Numbered from the stretch's first letter, positions 34,660 to 45,492 are shown. The stretch: DNA of 64,000 nt from Geopsychrobacteraceae bacterium (GCA_963676795.2 CAXXTB010000002.1:2240001-2304000); one strand, 5' to 3'. A program made the numbers and translations. The notes: generated by a model from the letters alone, not told the origin.

Positions 34660-35751
34660 TCAGTGTCCGGTCTTGATCCGGGTCCAGGTCCGGGTCTTCA
34701 AGCGCTGAACCTTGTTCGACAGTTCAGCCGGCACGATCAGCTTCTTGACGACCTCTTCAGACGGATAGATCCCTTCATCATCGCGAACCTCTTCATCAAG
34801 CAGCGCAGTCGCGTCCTTGTTGGCGTTGGCATAGGCGACGTAGTTGCTGATGTCGGCAATCACCGCCGGCTCCAGCAGTTCGTTGATAAAGGCATGGGCC
34901 TCCTGCAGGTGCGGGGCATCCTTCGGGATCGCCATGACATCAACCCAGAGGATAGCCCCCTCTCTGGGGATTGCGTAGGCGACGTTGACGCCCTGCCCCG
35001 CCTCATCGGCGCGGTCGCGGGCCTGCAGCACATCGCCGGAATAGCCGTGAGCGATACAGATATCACCGTTGGCCAGATCGTTGATGTACTGGGATGAATG
35101 GAAATAACGGACATAGGGACGAACCTTGTTGATCACCTCGGCAGCTGCCTCGATATCCGCCTGAGCCTGGCTATTCGGACTCTTGCCCAGATAAATCAGG
35201 GCTGCACCAAGCGCTTCCTGTTCATCGTCAAGCAGGGCAATGCCGCAGCTGGAGAGTTTTTCAGCATAAGCCGGATTGAACAGCAGTTCCCAGCTGTTGA
35301 CCGGAACCTCGCCACCAAGCGCCGCGTTGACCTTGTCGACGTTATAGCCGATGCCAGTTGTCCCCCACATGTAAGGAACCAAGTAGCGGTTACCAGGATC
35401 GGTCGCATCGAGAAGCTTCAGCAGTTCCGGATCAAGGTGCTTCCAATTGGGCAGTTGGGCCTTGTCCAGCTCGGCATAGAGTCCGGCGGCGATATGCCGG
35501 CCGGCAAAGGGATGCGCTGAAGGAAAGACGACATCATAGCCGGTTCTGCCGGCAAACAGCTTGGCCTCGAGGGTCTCATTGGCGTCGTAAACGTCGTAGA
35601 CGACGCTGATTCCTGTCTTCTGGGTAAAGTTGGCAACCGTTTCTTCGGCGATATAGTCTGACCAGTTGTAAACATGAACGACCTTCTCTTCCGCGCCGGC
35701 AACAACGGAAAATACTGTCAGCAATAGTCCAATCAGCAGTAGTCTTTTCAC
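34660..35751 (-). CDS. potF: Putrescine-binding periplasmic protein (PotF/PotD family)
   Basis: Signal peptide, YNWSDY, PYMWGTTG, FHSSQYINDLANGD, GYSGD. Confidence 0.9.
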   Translation of the reverse strand: MKRLLLIGLLLTVFSVVAGAEEKVVHVYNWSDYIAEETVANFTQKTGISVVYDVYDANETLEAKLFAGRTGYDVVFPSAHPFAGRHIAAGLYAELDKAQLPNWKHLDPELLKLLDATDPGNRYLVPYMWGTTGIGYNVDKVNAALGGEVPVNSWELLFNPAYAEKLSSCGIALLDDEQEALGAALIYLGKSPNSQAQADIEAAAEVINKVRPYVRYFHSSQYINDLANGDICIAHGYSGDVLQARDRADEAGQGVNVAYAIPREGAILWVDVMAIPKDAPHLQEAHAFINELLEPAVIADISNYVAYANANKDATALLDEEVRDDEGIYPSEEVVKKLIVPAELSNKVQRLKTRTWTRIKTGH

Positions 35752-35889
35752 GATAGGCTCCTGTCGTAAAATTTCACATCAAGGGTTAATGACCGCCAGA
35801 CCTGCGCAGGCAAAACTCCGGCGCCAGAATAATGATTCACGGTAGCAATGAACAGTAAAAATGATACCGGGATCGATAAAAAAATAAAG

Positions 35890-37044
35890 TTAATTCATTC
35901 CATTACCATGGACGCCGGGCTGCAGAACGAATGGACGATAGAGGGGATCCCCGACCAGCATCATCTGCCATGACAGCCAGGGGAGAGTGTAAAAATAGCT
36001 TTCGACCAGCGTGTAATGGCCGTCCAGCAGGTAGAGAAAAAAGCGCTCCGGCAGAGGGAAACCCTGGATATACGGCTCAGCAACAGGGCCGATGGTTGCG
36101 GCAACGCCGTCCTCCAGCAACCGCTTGCACCAGACCTGGCTCCCCTCTTTCTTTAGAGTCACACACTCGGCACTGGCCATATGATAGGCCACGGCACCCG
36201 GGCGCCATTCGAAAGCAGGGACATAGCGCGCCAGACTGTACCACCCACAGTAGAGCGCAGCATCGGCGGCTTCACCTGCGGCAAACAACGACTCTTGCTC
36301 ATCCAGCGCAACGTCGAGATGGCTGAGGGTTGCTGTCAGGTCGGCAGCACGGTGCAGAGAGTTATCGTAAAGCTTGTAGCCCTCCAGCGCCTTCCCCTTC
36401 CCGGCGGCACTCCAGCGGGCGTCAAAATAGGCCCGACCGCGCAATCCGACCTTTTCAGCGTCCAGACTGTCCGCGATGATCCGCCGCACGACTGCCGGAC
36501 TCGGGCCGTCCAGCCGGGAAACCATCAGCACCGAATTTTCAGTGACTGAAGGGGCAGGTGGACTGAACCTGGGTCGCGCAAGCGGATTGACAATCCATCC
36601 GCGCAAGGGATAGTCGGAGCCTCTGGCAAGGCTCAGTTCTGAGTCCAGCGCTGCCGACAGAACAGAAGCATGTGCAGGTTCCTGATTTTCTGTCTGCTGC
36701 TGATTCTCAGCCAGCGGGTCACTCACCCGGATCGGTAAGCCGTAGAAGGTCACAAGACAGCGGATATCCAGATCAGGCCTCGCAGCCAACCAGTGCCGCA
36801 ACGGGTTCAACAACCCATTGACATAAACCTCGCGAGGACAGTCTTCGGTTGTCGGCATATCGACAACCAGCAGATTCGCCTTCGGAATCTGCCGGCCGGA
36901 CTGGTAGTAACGGGCCAGCTCAATGCCCGCAGGCTCATTTCTATTGACGATGAGCAGAACCTGTTCCGGAACCAGAGCTGAAGCGGGAAAAGCGCACCAG
37001 ACAGCAAGCATGAGTGCCATAAAAAATCTTATTAGCAAAAACAT
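35890..37044 (-). CDS. Exported TIGR03790-like protein, function unknown
   Basis: Signal peptide, LDSEL, MVSRLDG, LYCGWY, GPVAEPY, LSWQMMLVGDPLYRPF. Confidence 0.75.
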   Translation of the reverse strand: MFLLIRFFMALMLAVWCAFPASALVPEQVLLIVNRNEPAGIELARYYQSGRQIPKANLLVVDMPTTEDCPREVYVNGLLNPLRHWLAARPDLDIRCLVTFYGLPIRVSDPLAENQQQTENQEPAHASVLSAALDSELSLARGSDYPLRGWIVNPLARPRFSPPAPSVTENSVLMVSRLDGPSPAVVRRIIADSLDAEKVGLRGRAYFDARWSAAGKGKALEGYKLYDNSLHRAADLTATLSHLDVALDEQESLFAAGEAADAALYCGWYSLARYVPAFEWRPGAVAYHMASAECVTLKKEGSQVWCKRLLEDGVAATIGPVAEPYIQGFPLPERFFLYLLDGHYTLVESYFYTLPWLSWQMMLVGDPLYRPFVLQPGVHGNGMN

Positions 37045-37113
37045 AACCGCTCTCTTTATACAAATCAAAAAAAGTTAGCTTTAAGTGCTTACGCGAAAGG
37101 GAGGGTCCATACC

Positions 37114-37512
37114 ATGACAATAGCCGAAATCAACTATCACCCGGAAGCCGACGAAAACTATATGAGCGACCGTCAACAGGCTTATTTTCGCGAACGCCTG
37201 ATGCAATGGCGCAAACAGTTGAAAGAGGACGACCAGAAAACCCGGCAGCGCCTGCGCACAGCAGACGATCAGCATGGGGACCTGGTCGACCAGAGCGTGG
37301 CCGATCTGCACAAAAAGATGGACTTCATCTCGCACGACCGGCTCTGCCAGACCCTCATGCAGATCAACGCCGCCCTGCGTCGCCTGGATGACGGCAGCTA
37401 CGGTTACTGCCTGCTGTCCGGAGAAGAGATCGGCATCAGGCGCCTGCTGGCCTATCCGATTGCGACACTGTCTGTCGAAGCCCAGCAGTTGAGAGAACGA
37501 TGCAGGCTCTGA
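37114..37512 (+). CDS. dksA: DksA/TraR family RNA polymerase-binding protein lacking the C4 zinc finger
   Basis: YMSDRQQAYFR, coiled-coil tip DLVDQS, GSYGYCLLSGEEIGIRRL...TLSVEAQ; GGAGGG RBS. Confidence 0.88.
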   Translation: MTIAEINYHPEADENYMSDRQQAYFRERLMQWRKQLKEDDQKTRQRLRTADDQHGDLVDQSVADLHKKMDFISHDRLCQTLMQINAALRRLDDGSYGYCLLSGEEIGIRRLLAYPIATLSVEAQQLRERCRL

Positions 37513-38355
37513 TCAACGATCAGCCTGCGTTTTTTTTATCTCCAGGGCGACCTTATAGACCTCGCTGCCGGGCAGGCCATATTCACGGGCGATCTGCTTG
37601 ACGACCTCTTTCCAGCTCAAGCCCCCCTGCTCATAGCGTGCAAGCAGAGCCTCTTCAAGGGGAAGCTCGGGCGCCGTTTTGACTGCACCGGACAACAGCA
37701 TGACCAGCTCCCCCTTGACCGGGCGCTCGGCGAAGTGCTCCTGCGCCTCGGCGACCGTTCCGAAGAACAGCTCTTCATGCCTCTTGGTCAGCTCCCTGGC
37801 CACGGCCAGGGTCCTGTTCTCGCCACAGATCTCGGCGATATCCTGCAGGCAGTTCAGGAGTCTGTGCGGGGCTTCATAAAAAGCCAGGGTCTGCGCATCA
37901 TCGGCAATCGCTTCAAGCTCCTTCCTGCGGCCATGCGCCTTGGCCGGCAGAAAACCGATAAACCTGAAAGCATCGGTCGGCAGGCCGGAGATCGACAGTG
38001 CGGCGATCAGCGCCGAAGGCCCGGGGATCGCGACCACCTCGACCCCCTGTTCGCGGCAGAGCGAAATCAGCCGGTAGCCCGGGTCAGCGATACAGGGCGT
38101 TCCCGCATCGCTGATCAGGGCAATGGTCTCTCCCTGCTGCAGTTTCTCCAGCAACTGCCTGGCCCGCCCCTCCTCGTTATGCTCGTGATAGGAGATCAAG
38201 GGGACCTTAATCGCGTAATGATCGAGCAGCTTACGACTGTGCCGGGTATCTTCGGCAGCAATCAGACTCGCCTCCCCGAGAATACGCACCGCACGGTAGG
38301 TAATATCCTCCAGATTGCCGATTGGTGTCGCTACAACGTAGAGAATGCCGTTCAC
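37513..38355 (-). CDS. rsmI: 16S rRNA Cm1402 methyltransferase
   Basis: VATPIGNLEDIT, AEDTR, SDAGTP, RELTK. Confidence 0.97.
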   Translation of the reverse strand: MNGILYVVATPIGNLEDITYRAVRILGEASLIAAEDTRHSRKLLDHYAIKVPLISYHEHNEEGRARQLLEKLQQGETIALISDAGTPCIADPGYRLISLCREQGVEVVAIPGPSALIAALSISGLPTDAFRFIGFLPAKAHGRRKELEAIADDAQTLAFYEAPHRLLNCLQDIAEICGENRTLAVARELTKRHEELFFGTVAEAQEHFAERPVKGELVMLLSGAVKTAPELPLEEALLARYEQGGLSWKEVVKQIAREYGLPGSEVYKVALEIKKTQADR

Positions 38356-40307
38356 TCGCCCAACTCCTTGAGCCAGAGCGTCACTACGGCATCGCTCGGC
38401 ATCCGCCAGTCGCCACGCGGCGAAAGCGCGACACTACCGACCTTTGGCCCATCCGGCAGACAGGAACGCTTGAACTGCTGGCTGAAAAAACGCCGGTAAA
38501 AATTCTTCAACCACCCGGCGATAACCTCTTCCGTCAATTCAGGGAAGGCCAGCGCTGCCAGCAGCATGACCTTCTGCGGCGGATAGTTCATACGCACCAC
38601 CTGAAACAGGAAGAAATCATGCAATTCATAAGGGCCGACCACCTCTTCGGTCAACTGCTGAATCTCGCCGTCGGCACTAGGTGGCAGCAGCTCCGGAGAG
38701 ACAGGGGTCGCGCAGATGTCATGCAATACACTGGAGGCTCGCCCTGAGAACTCTTCGTCGGCACACCATTCAACCAGGTAACGGACCAGGGTTTTGGGTA
38801 CGCCGCTGTTGACCGCATACATCGACATATGGTCGCCGTTATAGGTGCACCAGCCGAGCGCCAACTCCGAAAGATCACCGGTGCCGATCACCAGTCCGCC
38901 AACCTGATTGGCGACGTCCATCAGGATCTGGGTCCGCTCTCTGGCCTGACTGTTCTCATAGGTCACATCATGAAGCTCTGGATTGTGACCGATGTCGGCA
39001 AAATGTTGATGCACAGCCTTATCGATCGCAACGACACGCAACTCGGTCCCGAGCTCTTCTGCCAGTGCCTCCGCGTTGCCACGGGTACGGACTGTCGTCC
39101 CGAAGCCGGGCATGGTGATCGTCACGATCCCGCGCCGATCGAGGCCGAGCCGGTCAAAGGCCCTGACCGTGACGAGCAGGGCCAGAGTCGAATCGAGTCC
39201 GCCGGACAGGCCGATGACAACCTGTTTGGCGCCGGTGTGACGCAAACGTTTGACCAGTGCACTGGTCTGAATCAGGAAAATCTCATGACAGCGATCAGCA
39301 CGTTCCACACCGTTTGGCGGTACGAACGGCGTCCTGGCCAGAGGACGACACAGGGACGTTACATGTCTGGTGGTCAGTGGGAACGCCTGGATACGATAAG
39401 CCTGCTCACTCATGGCGCGGCCGTAGGCGCTGTTGCGTTGCCGCTCAGAGACCAGGCGTTCGATATCGAGATCGGCAAGGATCAGCTGGCTGTCAAAGCG
39501 GTAGCGCTGCGTCTCAGCCAGCAGCAGGCCGTTTTCCGCGATCAGGGAATGGCCGGAGAAAACCAGATCGGTACTCGATTCGTTCGGCCCGGCCGAAGCG
39601 TAGGCATAGGCGGCCAGACAGCGTGCGGAATGAGATGAGACCAGCTCTTTCCGATAGGCGAACTTACCGAGAACTTCAGGGCTCGCCGACAGGTTGAGCA
39701 GCAGCGTCGCGCCGGCCAAGGCCTGGAAACTGCTCGGCGGCTGAACAGCCCAGCCATCCTCACAGATCTCGATACCGACCAGCAGCTCAGCAAAGCCTTC
39801 CGCCGCAAACAGCTGGTCGGCACCAAAAGGAACCTGCTCAGTCCCGATCTGAACGGAATTGCGATTATTCTCCAGCGCTGAAGCGAACCAGCGCTGTTCA
39901 TAAAACTCAGCACTGTTGGGCAGGTAGGTTTTCGGCACGACACCGCTGATCTTCCCTCCGGCACAGAAGACTCCACAGTTGAACAGCCGGCCCGCGACCT
40001 CGAGCGGCGCGCCGACCACGACCGCAAGTCCGACCTCAGCCGTTTTTTCGGCAATCTGCAACAGGGCCAGCCTGACCTCTTTGAGCAGTTGCTGCTGATA
40101 GAACAGATCCGCACAGGTGTAGCCACAGAGCGACAATTCAGGAAAGAGCAGAAGCTGACAGTGCTGAGCCGATCCCTCCTCCATCAGGGCAAGAATTTCC
40201 TTCAGGTTGAAGTCCAGGTCAGCAACACGAATCTCAGGTGTCGCAACCCCGAGCCGCAGATAACCGTAGGTGTTCAGGTCAACAGGGGGTGGTGTGTGTC
40301 TGTTCAT
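38352..40307 (-). CDS. nadE: Glutamine-dependent NAD+ synthetase
   Basis: Nitrilase-like domain (FPEL, EICED) fused to synthetase domain ([19 protein letters not shown]). Confidence 0.96.
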   Translation of the reverse strand: MNRHTPPPVDLNTYGYLRLGVATPEIRVADLDFNLKEILALMEEGSAQHCQLLLFPELSLCGYTCADLFYQQQLLKEVRLALLQIAEKTAEVGLAVVVGAPLEVAGRLFNCGVFCAGGKISGVVPKTYLPNSAEFYEQRWFASALENNRNSVQIGTEQVPFGADQLFAAEGFAELLVGIEICEDGWAVQPPSSFQALAGATLLLNLSASPEVLGKFAYRKELVSSHSARCLAAYAYASAGPNESSTDLVFSGHSLIAENGLLLAETQRYRFDSQLILADLDIERLVSERQRNSAYGRAMSEQAYRIQAFPLTTRHVTSLCRPLARTPFVPPNGVERADRCHEIFLIQTSALVKRLRHTGAKQVVIGLSGGLDSTLALLVTVRAFDRLGLDRRGIVTITMPGFGTTVRTRGNAEALAEELGTELRVVAIDKAVHQHFADIGHNPELHDVTYENSQARERTQILMDVANQVGGLVIGTGDLSELALGWCTYNGDHMSMYAVNSGVPKTLVRYLVEWCADEEFSGRASSVLHDICATPVSPELLPPSADGEIQQLTEEVVGPYELHDFFLFQVVRMNYPPQKVMLLAALAFPELTEEVIAGWLKNFYRRFFSQQFKRSCLPDGPKVGSVALSPRGDWRMPSDAVVTLWLKELGE

Positions 40308-40321
40308 GTCCGGAATCTCCG

Positions 40322-40705
40322 CTAGCAAACAGAAAACGAGTCAAGGCTGAAAGCGTGCTCAAAATGTTCTACTCGGCCACGCCCAGCCTCAGTTGCAATA
40401 ATGGCAATCACATCAAAACGCGGCTGCAAATGGCCAAGCTTATGTTCCTGCAGGTACCACTGAGCGGTACGGATAATCTGTCTCTGTTTTCGGCTGCCAA
40501 CCGCTTCCTGAGGGGTACCGAAGAAGGTTGTTCGCCGGGTTTTCACCTCGACGAACAGCAGGCTGGTCCTGTTTCTGGCGATAATATCGATTTCTCCGAC
40601 CGGAGCCCGAAAATTCCGGGCCAGGATCTTCCAGCCGTGAGCCACCAGGTAGTTAACGGCGAGCTCTTCCCCCCACTGCCCCAGAGCCAGACGCGCCTCA
40701 GTCAC
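40322..40705 (-). CDS. yraN: YraN/UPF0102 family protein
   Basis: GQWGEELA, GEIDIIA, FVEVKTR, RFDVI; GTG start overlapping the rnhB end. Confidence 0.9.
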   Translation of the reverse strand: MTEARLALGQWGEELAVNYLVAHGWKILARNFRAPVGEIDIIARNRTSLLFVEVKTRRTTFFGTPQEAVGSRKQRQIIRTAQWYLQEHKLGHLQPRFDVIAIIATEAGRGRVEHFEHAFSLDSFSVC

Positions 40706-41348
40706 GGCTGCAACCGACGAACTCGCGAACCCCGCCGAAACTCGTACGGTGTTGCGGTGACGGACCGTATTCGGCAATCGCCTGACGGTGAGCCGCCGTA
40801 CCGTACCCCTTATGCCCGGCGAAACCGTACTGCGGATAACGCTGGTCATGAGCCAGCATGATACGATCACGGATCACCTTGGCAACGACTGAAGCGGCAG
40901 CAATCGACAGTGAACGGCTATCGCCCTGTTTGATCGCCTGCTGCGATGTCGAAACCGGCAGCAGCGAAATACCGTCGATCAGCAGATGATCGGCAGCACA
41001 GCTTAAGCGCCCGACAGCACGCTGCATGGCAAGCAATGTCGCCTGCAGGATATTTAACTGATCGATTTCAGCAGCTGATGCAACCCCGACCCCGACAGCA
41101 CGCGCCCGCTGATGAATCAGCGGATAAAAAGAATCACGTTTCTTCTCCGACAGCTTCTTCGAATCGGTCAGACCGGGCAATTCAAAACCTGCGGGAAGAA
41201 TAACCGCTGCGGCAACAACCGGACCAGCCAGCGGCCCCCTGCCGGCTTCATCAATCCCGGCGACAGCCTGATACCCTTTTAGCTTTGCCTGCTCTTCAAA
41301 ATACAGAGTCGTCGGCGCGGTTTCTTCAAAAAGTGACAAAGTGTCCAT
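40698..41348 (-). CDS. rnhB: Ribonuclease HII
   Basis: GIDEAGRGPLAGPV, DSKKL, HKGYGT. Confidence 0.97.
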   Translation of the reverse strand: MDTLSLFEETAPTTLYFEEQAKLKGYQAVAGIDEAGRGPLAGPVVAAAVILPAGFELPGLTDSKKLSEKKRDSFYPLIHQRARAVGVGVASAAEIDQLNILQATLLAMQRAVGRLSCAADHLLIDGISLLPVSTSQQAIKQGDSRSLSIAAASVVAKVIRDRIMLAHDQRYPQYGFAGHKGYGTAAHRQAIAEYGPSPQHRTSFGGVREFVGCSRD

Positions 41349-41365
41349 AACTGGTTTCTTCAGAT

Positions 41366-41397
41366 AAAAAAAAAGCCCTCAACGACTGTTGAGGGCT
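41366..41397 (-). terminator. Intrinsic terminator after rplS
   Basis: AGCCCTCAAC-AGTC-GTTGAGGGCT followed by a long T run. Confidence 0.85.
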
Positions 41398-41417
41398 CAT
41401 TGTAGCAAAAATCTTTA

Positions 41418-41765
41418 TCAGATCGCACGCTTTTCGGAAATACGTGCAGCCTTACCGCTGAGTTTACGCAGGTAGTAAAGCTTGGCGCGGCGAACCTTAC
41501 CAACGCGCAGGACTTCGATTTTATCGATGCTTGGTGAATGGAGAGGAAAGATTCTCTCAACACCAATACCACCGGAAATCTTGCGGACGGTGTATGAAGA
41601 ACCGAGACCGCTGTTCACACGCTTGATGCAGACGCCTTGAAAAACCTGGATACGCTGCTTGTCACCCTCGGTGATTTTTACGTGTACTTTCAGGGTATCA
41701 CCAGCTTTGAAAGTCGGGATATCCTTTTTCATCTGTTCCATTTCGAGCTTATCGATGATGTTCAT
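41418..41765 (-). CDS. rplS: 50S ribosomal protein L19
   Basis: [18 protein letters not shown]. Confidence 0.98.
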   Translation of the reverse strand: MNIIDKLEMEQMKKDIPTFKAGDTLKVHVKITEGDKQRIQVFQGVCIKRVNSGLGSSYTVRKISGGIGVERIFPLHSPSIDKIEVLRVGKVRRAKLYYLRKLSGKAARISEKRAI

Positions 41766-41854
41766 CCTTTATCCTCCTCGATCAAACTTTTCTAAGTTCC
41801 TAATCGTGTGTACGTTTTTTTATCAGTAAGTCACTCAAGACCGGCTCAAGTGCG

Positions 41855-42583
41855 TCAACCTTTTTTCAACTCGTCCAGAAATGCCCTGTCTTCAGCCGAC
41901 AACTCGGCTGTTTCGAGCAAATCGGGTCGCCGCTTCAAACTTCTCAGCAGCTGTTGCTCACGTCGCCAGCGAGCGATGCGCGCATGATTTCCCGACAACA
42001 GAACATCCGGCACCTTCAACCCCATGAATTCAGCAGGGCGCGTGTACTGCGGATACTCGAGAAGTCCGTCAGAAAATGAGTCGGTCTGAGCACTTCCTTC
42101 CGATCCAAGCACTCCTGGCAAATGCCGCGCAATCGCGTCAATCATAACCAGAGCCGGAAGTTCACCACCGGTCAGAACAAAGTCCCCGATGGAATACTCA
42201 GCATCGACGATGGTTTCACGAATACGTTCGTCAAACCCCTCGTAACGTCCACAGAGGAAGATCAATCCAGGTTCAAGAGCGAGCTTACAGGCGTGCTCCT
42301 GGCTGAACGGTGTTCCCTGGGGCGTCATCAACAGAACCTTCGATTCCGGCGATTGCTGTTTAAGCTCTTCAACAGCACGGAATACGGGTTCCGGTTTCAT
42401 GACCATACCGTCGCCACCGCCGTATGGCATGTCGTCAGTCGTCAAATGCCTGCCGGTTGCCCAGTTACGCAGGTTATGACAACGTACAGTGAGCAGATCC
42501 TGCCTGATTGCCCGCCCAAGAATACTCTCCTGAAGCGGAGAAGCAAGCAGATCGGGAAACAGGGTGACAACATCAAAAATCAT
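41855..42583 (-). CDS. trmD: tRNA m1G37 methyltransferase
   Basis: [26 protein letters not shown]. Confidence 0.98.
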   Translation of the reverse strand: MIFDVVTLFPDLLASPLQESILGRAIRQDLLTVRCHNLRNWATGRHLTTDDMPYGGGDGMVMKPEPVFRAVEELKQQSPESKVLLMTPQGTPFSQEHACKLALEPGLIFLCGRYEGFDERIRETIVDAEYSIGDFVLTGGELPALVMIDAIARHLPGVLGSEGSAQTDSFSDGLLEYPQYTRPAEFMGLKVPDVLLSGNHARIARWRREQQLLRSLKRRPDLLETAELSAEDRAFLDELKKG

Positions 42584-43110
42584 TGTTCATCCTGGATCAG
42601 GCCGTCCGGCAGATCAACCTGCATCGTCCCTGCGGAAAAATCGACAGAAACGACGAACTGATGGACTGCAGGGATCATCACTTCACCATAAGGGCCATCG
42701 ACAACATAAGTGTCGTGAGCGGCGGTGGTGAAGATACTGACCAGCTGGCCTATCTCACCGCGTTGCCGATCGACAACTCTCAGCCCTTCAAGCTCAGCCC
42801 AGTAATACTCATCATCACTGAGCTCAGGCAGTTGATCTTCCGGCAATTCCAACCGGCAGCCAACCAACTGTTCGACCTGATTGATCGAGTCCAGCCCCTT
42901 AAAGCGCAACAGAATCTGTTTCTTGTGCAGGGTCTGTCTGACAATTTCATACTGCTCTACTTCGCCGGACGCAGGACGTACGAAGATATGATCCACATTC
43001 AGCAATAAATCCGGATCTCCCGACAACGGACGGACCTTCAGATCTCCGCGCAAACCGTGAGTACCAACGATTGTTCCGATTTCCAGCAGAGTCTTGGGGT
43101 TGTTGTCCAT
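42580..43110 (-). CDS. rimM: 16S rRNA processing protein RimM
   Basis: [19 protein letters not shown] barrel; operon context. Confidence 0.95.
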   Translation of the reverse strand: MDNNPKTLLEIGTIVGTHGLRGDLKVRPLSGDPDLLLNVDHIFVRPASGEVEQYEIVRQTLHKKQILLRFKGLDSINQVEQLVGCRLELPEDQLPELSDDEYYWAELEGLRVVDRQRGEIGQLVSIFTTAAHDTYVVDGPYGEVMIPAVHQFVVSVDFSAGTMQVDLPDGLIQDEQ

Positions 43111-43153
43111 TTACCGTCTTACTTCTAAATCCTGTTATGGAAAAGCGCCAGGC

Positions 43154-43387
43154 TTATTCCATAATCTGCAAGGCAGCACGTTTGTTTTCACGTGTTGCCT
43201 TGGCATTCAACAAAGTCCGCATCGCTTTGGCGTTACGGCCCTGTTTACCTATTATCCGCCCCATATCTTCCTGAGCAGCAGCCAGCTTGACTAAAACACT
43301 GCCATCCTCTGATATTTCTTCAGAGATGACAACTTCCTCCGGCTTCTCGACCAGAGATTTAGCAATGTACTCGATCAGGTCTTTCAT
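43154..43387 (-). CDS. khpA: KH-domain RNA-binding protein
   Basis: DMGRIIGKQG; position between rpsP and rimM. Confidence 0.93.
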   Translation of the reverse strand: MKDLIEYIAKSLVEKPEEVVISEEISEDGSVLVKLAAAQEDMGRIIGKQGRNAKAMRTLLNAKATRENKRAALQIME

Positions 43388-43455
43388 AGGCCATCCTCCG
43401 GGTTATTGGGGGCGCGTAGCGAAGCCCCGGATTCGAGCCAATTCAAGGTTCGGGC

Positions 43456-43725
43456 TTAAGCAGTCGCCTTTGACTTGAACTTGGCCCAGACACCGGCATG
43501 AGACAGAAGCCGGCGTACTGTATCGGTCGGCTGTGCACCTTGTTTGAGCCACTCAAGGGCTCTTTCTTCTTTAAAATCAACCAGAAACTCTTCCTGGCGT
43601 GGGTTGTATTGTCCCAGAGCCTCAATGAAACGTCCATCACGCGGGCTGCGTTCGTCAGCCACTACAATACGATAGACCGGCTTCTTTTTTTGGCCACCGC
43701 GGGCGAGCCTGATTTTTACTGCCAT
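43456..43725 (-). CDS. rpsP: 30S ribosomal protein S16
   Basis: [24 protein letters not shown]. Confidence 0.98.
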   Translation of the reverse strand: MAVKIRLARGGQKKKPVYRIVVADERSPRDGRFIEALGQYNPRQEEFLVDFKEERALEWLKQGAQPTDTVRRLLSHAGVWAKFKSKATA

Positions 43726-43794
43726 GCTGTCTTTCCTCCTGGTGTTTCTCAGCTAATGTCTTATATCGAACAGGATCAGATCTCTATTCGCTGG

Positions 43795-45147
43795 TTAAAA
43801 GGGCAACTGACCGCCACGGCCCAGCATCCCCTTGAGACCCTTAGGTCCCATCTTCTGCATCTTTTTCATCATTTTCTGCGCTTCAATGAAACGCTTGAGC
43901 AACTGATTGACATCCTGAACCCGGGTCCCACTGCCGTTGGCGATACGCAACCGGCGCGAACCATTCAGAATGTTATGATCACGACGCTCCTGAGGGGTCA
44001 TTGAGCGAATGATCGCTTCGACCTTCTTCAGCTCTTTTTCCGGCATCTGCAGCCCACCGGCTTGCTTCAGGGCCTTACCCGCACCCGGGATCATCTTCAG
44101 CAGAGACTCCATGGAGCCCATCTTCTTGATCATCTGCATCTGCTCAAGAAAGGTATCAAGTGTGAAACCATCCTTGCGCAGCTTATCTTCCATCTTGGCG
44201 GCGTCTTCAACATCGACGGCAGCCTGAGCTTTCTCGATCAGACTAAGAACATCACCCATGCCGAGAATCCGCTGGGCCATCCGATCGGGATGGAACTGCT
44301 CCAGGGCGTCAAGTTTTTCGCCCATGCCGACCAGTTTGATCGGCTTGCCGGTCACCGAGCGGATCGACAGCGCCGCACCGCCACGGGCATCGCCATCGAG
44401 CTTGGTCAGAATCACACCGGTCAAAGGCAGCTGTTCATCGAAGCTTGCTGCTACGGTAACCGCATCCTGGCCGGTCATCGCATCCGCCACGAAGAGAATC
44501 TCCTGTGGCTGAACCTTTTCAACGATCCGTTTCAGCTCGCCCATCAATTCCGAATCGATGTGCAGGCGACCAGCGGTATCAAGAATAATTGTATCAAATC
44601 CGTTGAGTTCTGCGTACCCCTTTGCACGAGAACAGATATCAACTGGATCCTGCCCCGGCTGAGAGTCGAACACCTCTATGTTCAACTGCTTGCCAAGGGT
44701 CTTCAGCTGCTCGATCGCCGCAGGACGATAAATATCAGCAGGCACCAGCAGCGGATTACGTTTTTCCCTGCGCAGCTTCAGAGCCAGCTTCCCACAGGAC
44801 GTCGTCTTACCGGCCCCCTGCAGACCACACAGCATCACGGCAACGGGCGGCTTGACTGCAAGGTTCAGCGAGTTGTCCTCGCCATCTCCCATCAGCAGAG
44901 CCAACTCCTCACGGACAACCTTGATAACCTGCTGTGCCGGGGTCAGGCTCTTGAGGATATCCTGCCCGACAGCACGCTCACCGACCTTGGAGACAAAGGT
45001 CTTCACAACGCGGAAGTTGACATCCGCTTCAAGCAGAACCAGGCGGATTTCCCGCATCGTCTCCTTGATGTGCTGTTCGGTCAGCCGCCCATGCCCGCGC
45101 AGCTTCTTAAAAACCGCATCGAGCTTATCTGAAAGATTATCAAACAT
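43795..45147 (-). CDS. ffh: Signal recognition particle protein
   Basis: GLQGAGKTT, DTAGR, TKLDG, Met-rich M domain. Confidence 0.98.
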   Translation of the reverse strand: MFDNLSDKLDAVFKKLRGHGRLTEQHIKETMREIRLVLLEADVNFRVVKTFVSKVGERAVGQDILKSLTPAQQVIKVVREELALLMGDGEDNSLNLAVKPPVAVMLCGLQGAGKTTSCGKLALKLRREKRNPLLVPADIYRPAAIEQLKTLGKQLNIEVFDSQPGQDPVDICSRAKGYAELNGFDTIILDTAGRLHIDSELMGELKRIVEKVQPQEILFVADAMTGQDAVTVAASFDEQLPLTGVILTKLDGDARGGAALSIRSVTGKPIKLVGMGEKLDALEQFHPDRMAQRILGMGDVLSLIEKAQAAVDVEDAAKMEDKLRKDGFTLDTFLEQMQMIKKMGSMESLLKMIPGAGKALKQAGGLQMPEKELKKVEAIIRSMTPQERRDHNILNGSRRLRIANGSGTRVQDVNQLLKRFIEAQKMMKKMQKMGPKGLKGMLGRGGQLPF

Positions 45148-45179
45148 AACTCTCTAATATTCAAAATCACGAAAGACTG

Positions 45180-45208
45180 AATATATGAACCGTCCCCATA
45201 GAAGTCAA
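45180..45208 (-). promoter_or_regulatory. sigma70 promoter for ffh
   Basis: TTGACT-17 nt-TATATT. Confidence 0.7.
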
Positions 45209-45231
45209 GACAAAAAGCCCGACCAGACAAC

Positions 45232-45492
45232 TCACTCCACAGCCAGAGAAGAATAGCCATCTGCCGCCTTCAGCCACAGATCGACGATCGCCAGACGCCG
45301 CGAAGCAAGAGCTTCCACCACCGCTGCCTGCATCGACCTGGGAAATCTGATCGCCATACCACACTCCGCCGACAGCTCCCGGGGGACCGGTATCAGCAGG
45401 ACATCCAGACCTGCTTCTTTCAGTATTTTCTCGGCCTTCAACACCCGATGGATCGAGTGAAAGACAGCAACACAATCACCAACATTTACCAT
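45232..45492 (-). CDS. DUF3343-like small protein (putative Se/S carrier-like)
   Basis: FHSIHRVLKAEK...LIPVPRELSAECG pattern. Confidence 0.75.
   Translation of the reverse strand: MVNVGDCVAVFHSIHRVLKAEKILKEAGLDVLLIPVPRELSAECGMAIRFPRSMQAAVVEALASRRLAIVDLWLKAADGYSSLAVE

Noticed and set aside
35807..35827. sigma54 promoter upstream of potF
   Set aside because: TGGCGC...TTGC has 12 nt between GG and GC instead of the required 10.
45167..45475. Cys-rich ORF MCCCLS...
   Set aside because: Alternate frame over the DUF3343-like gene that also runs across the ffh promoter.
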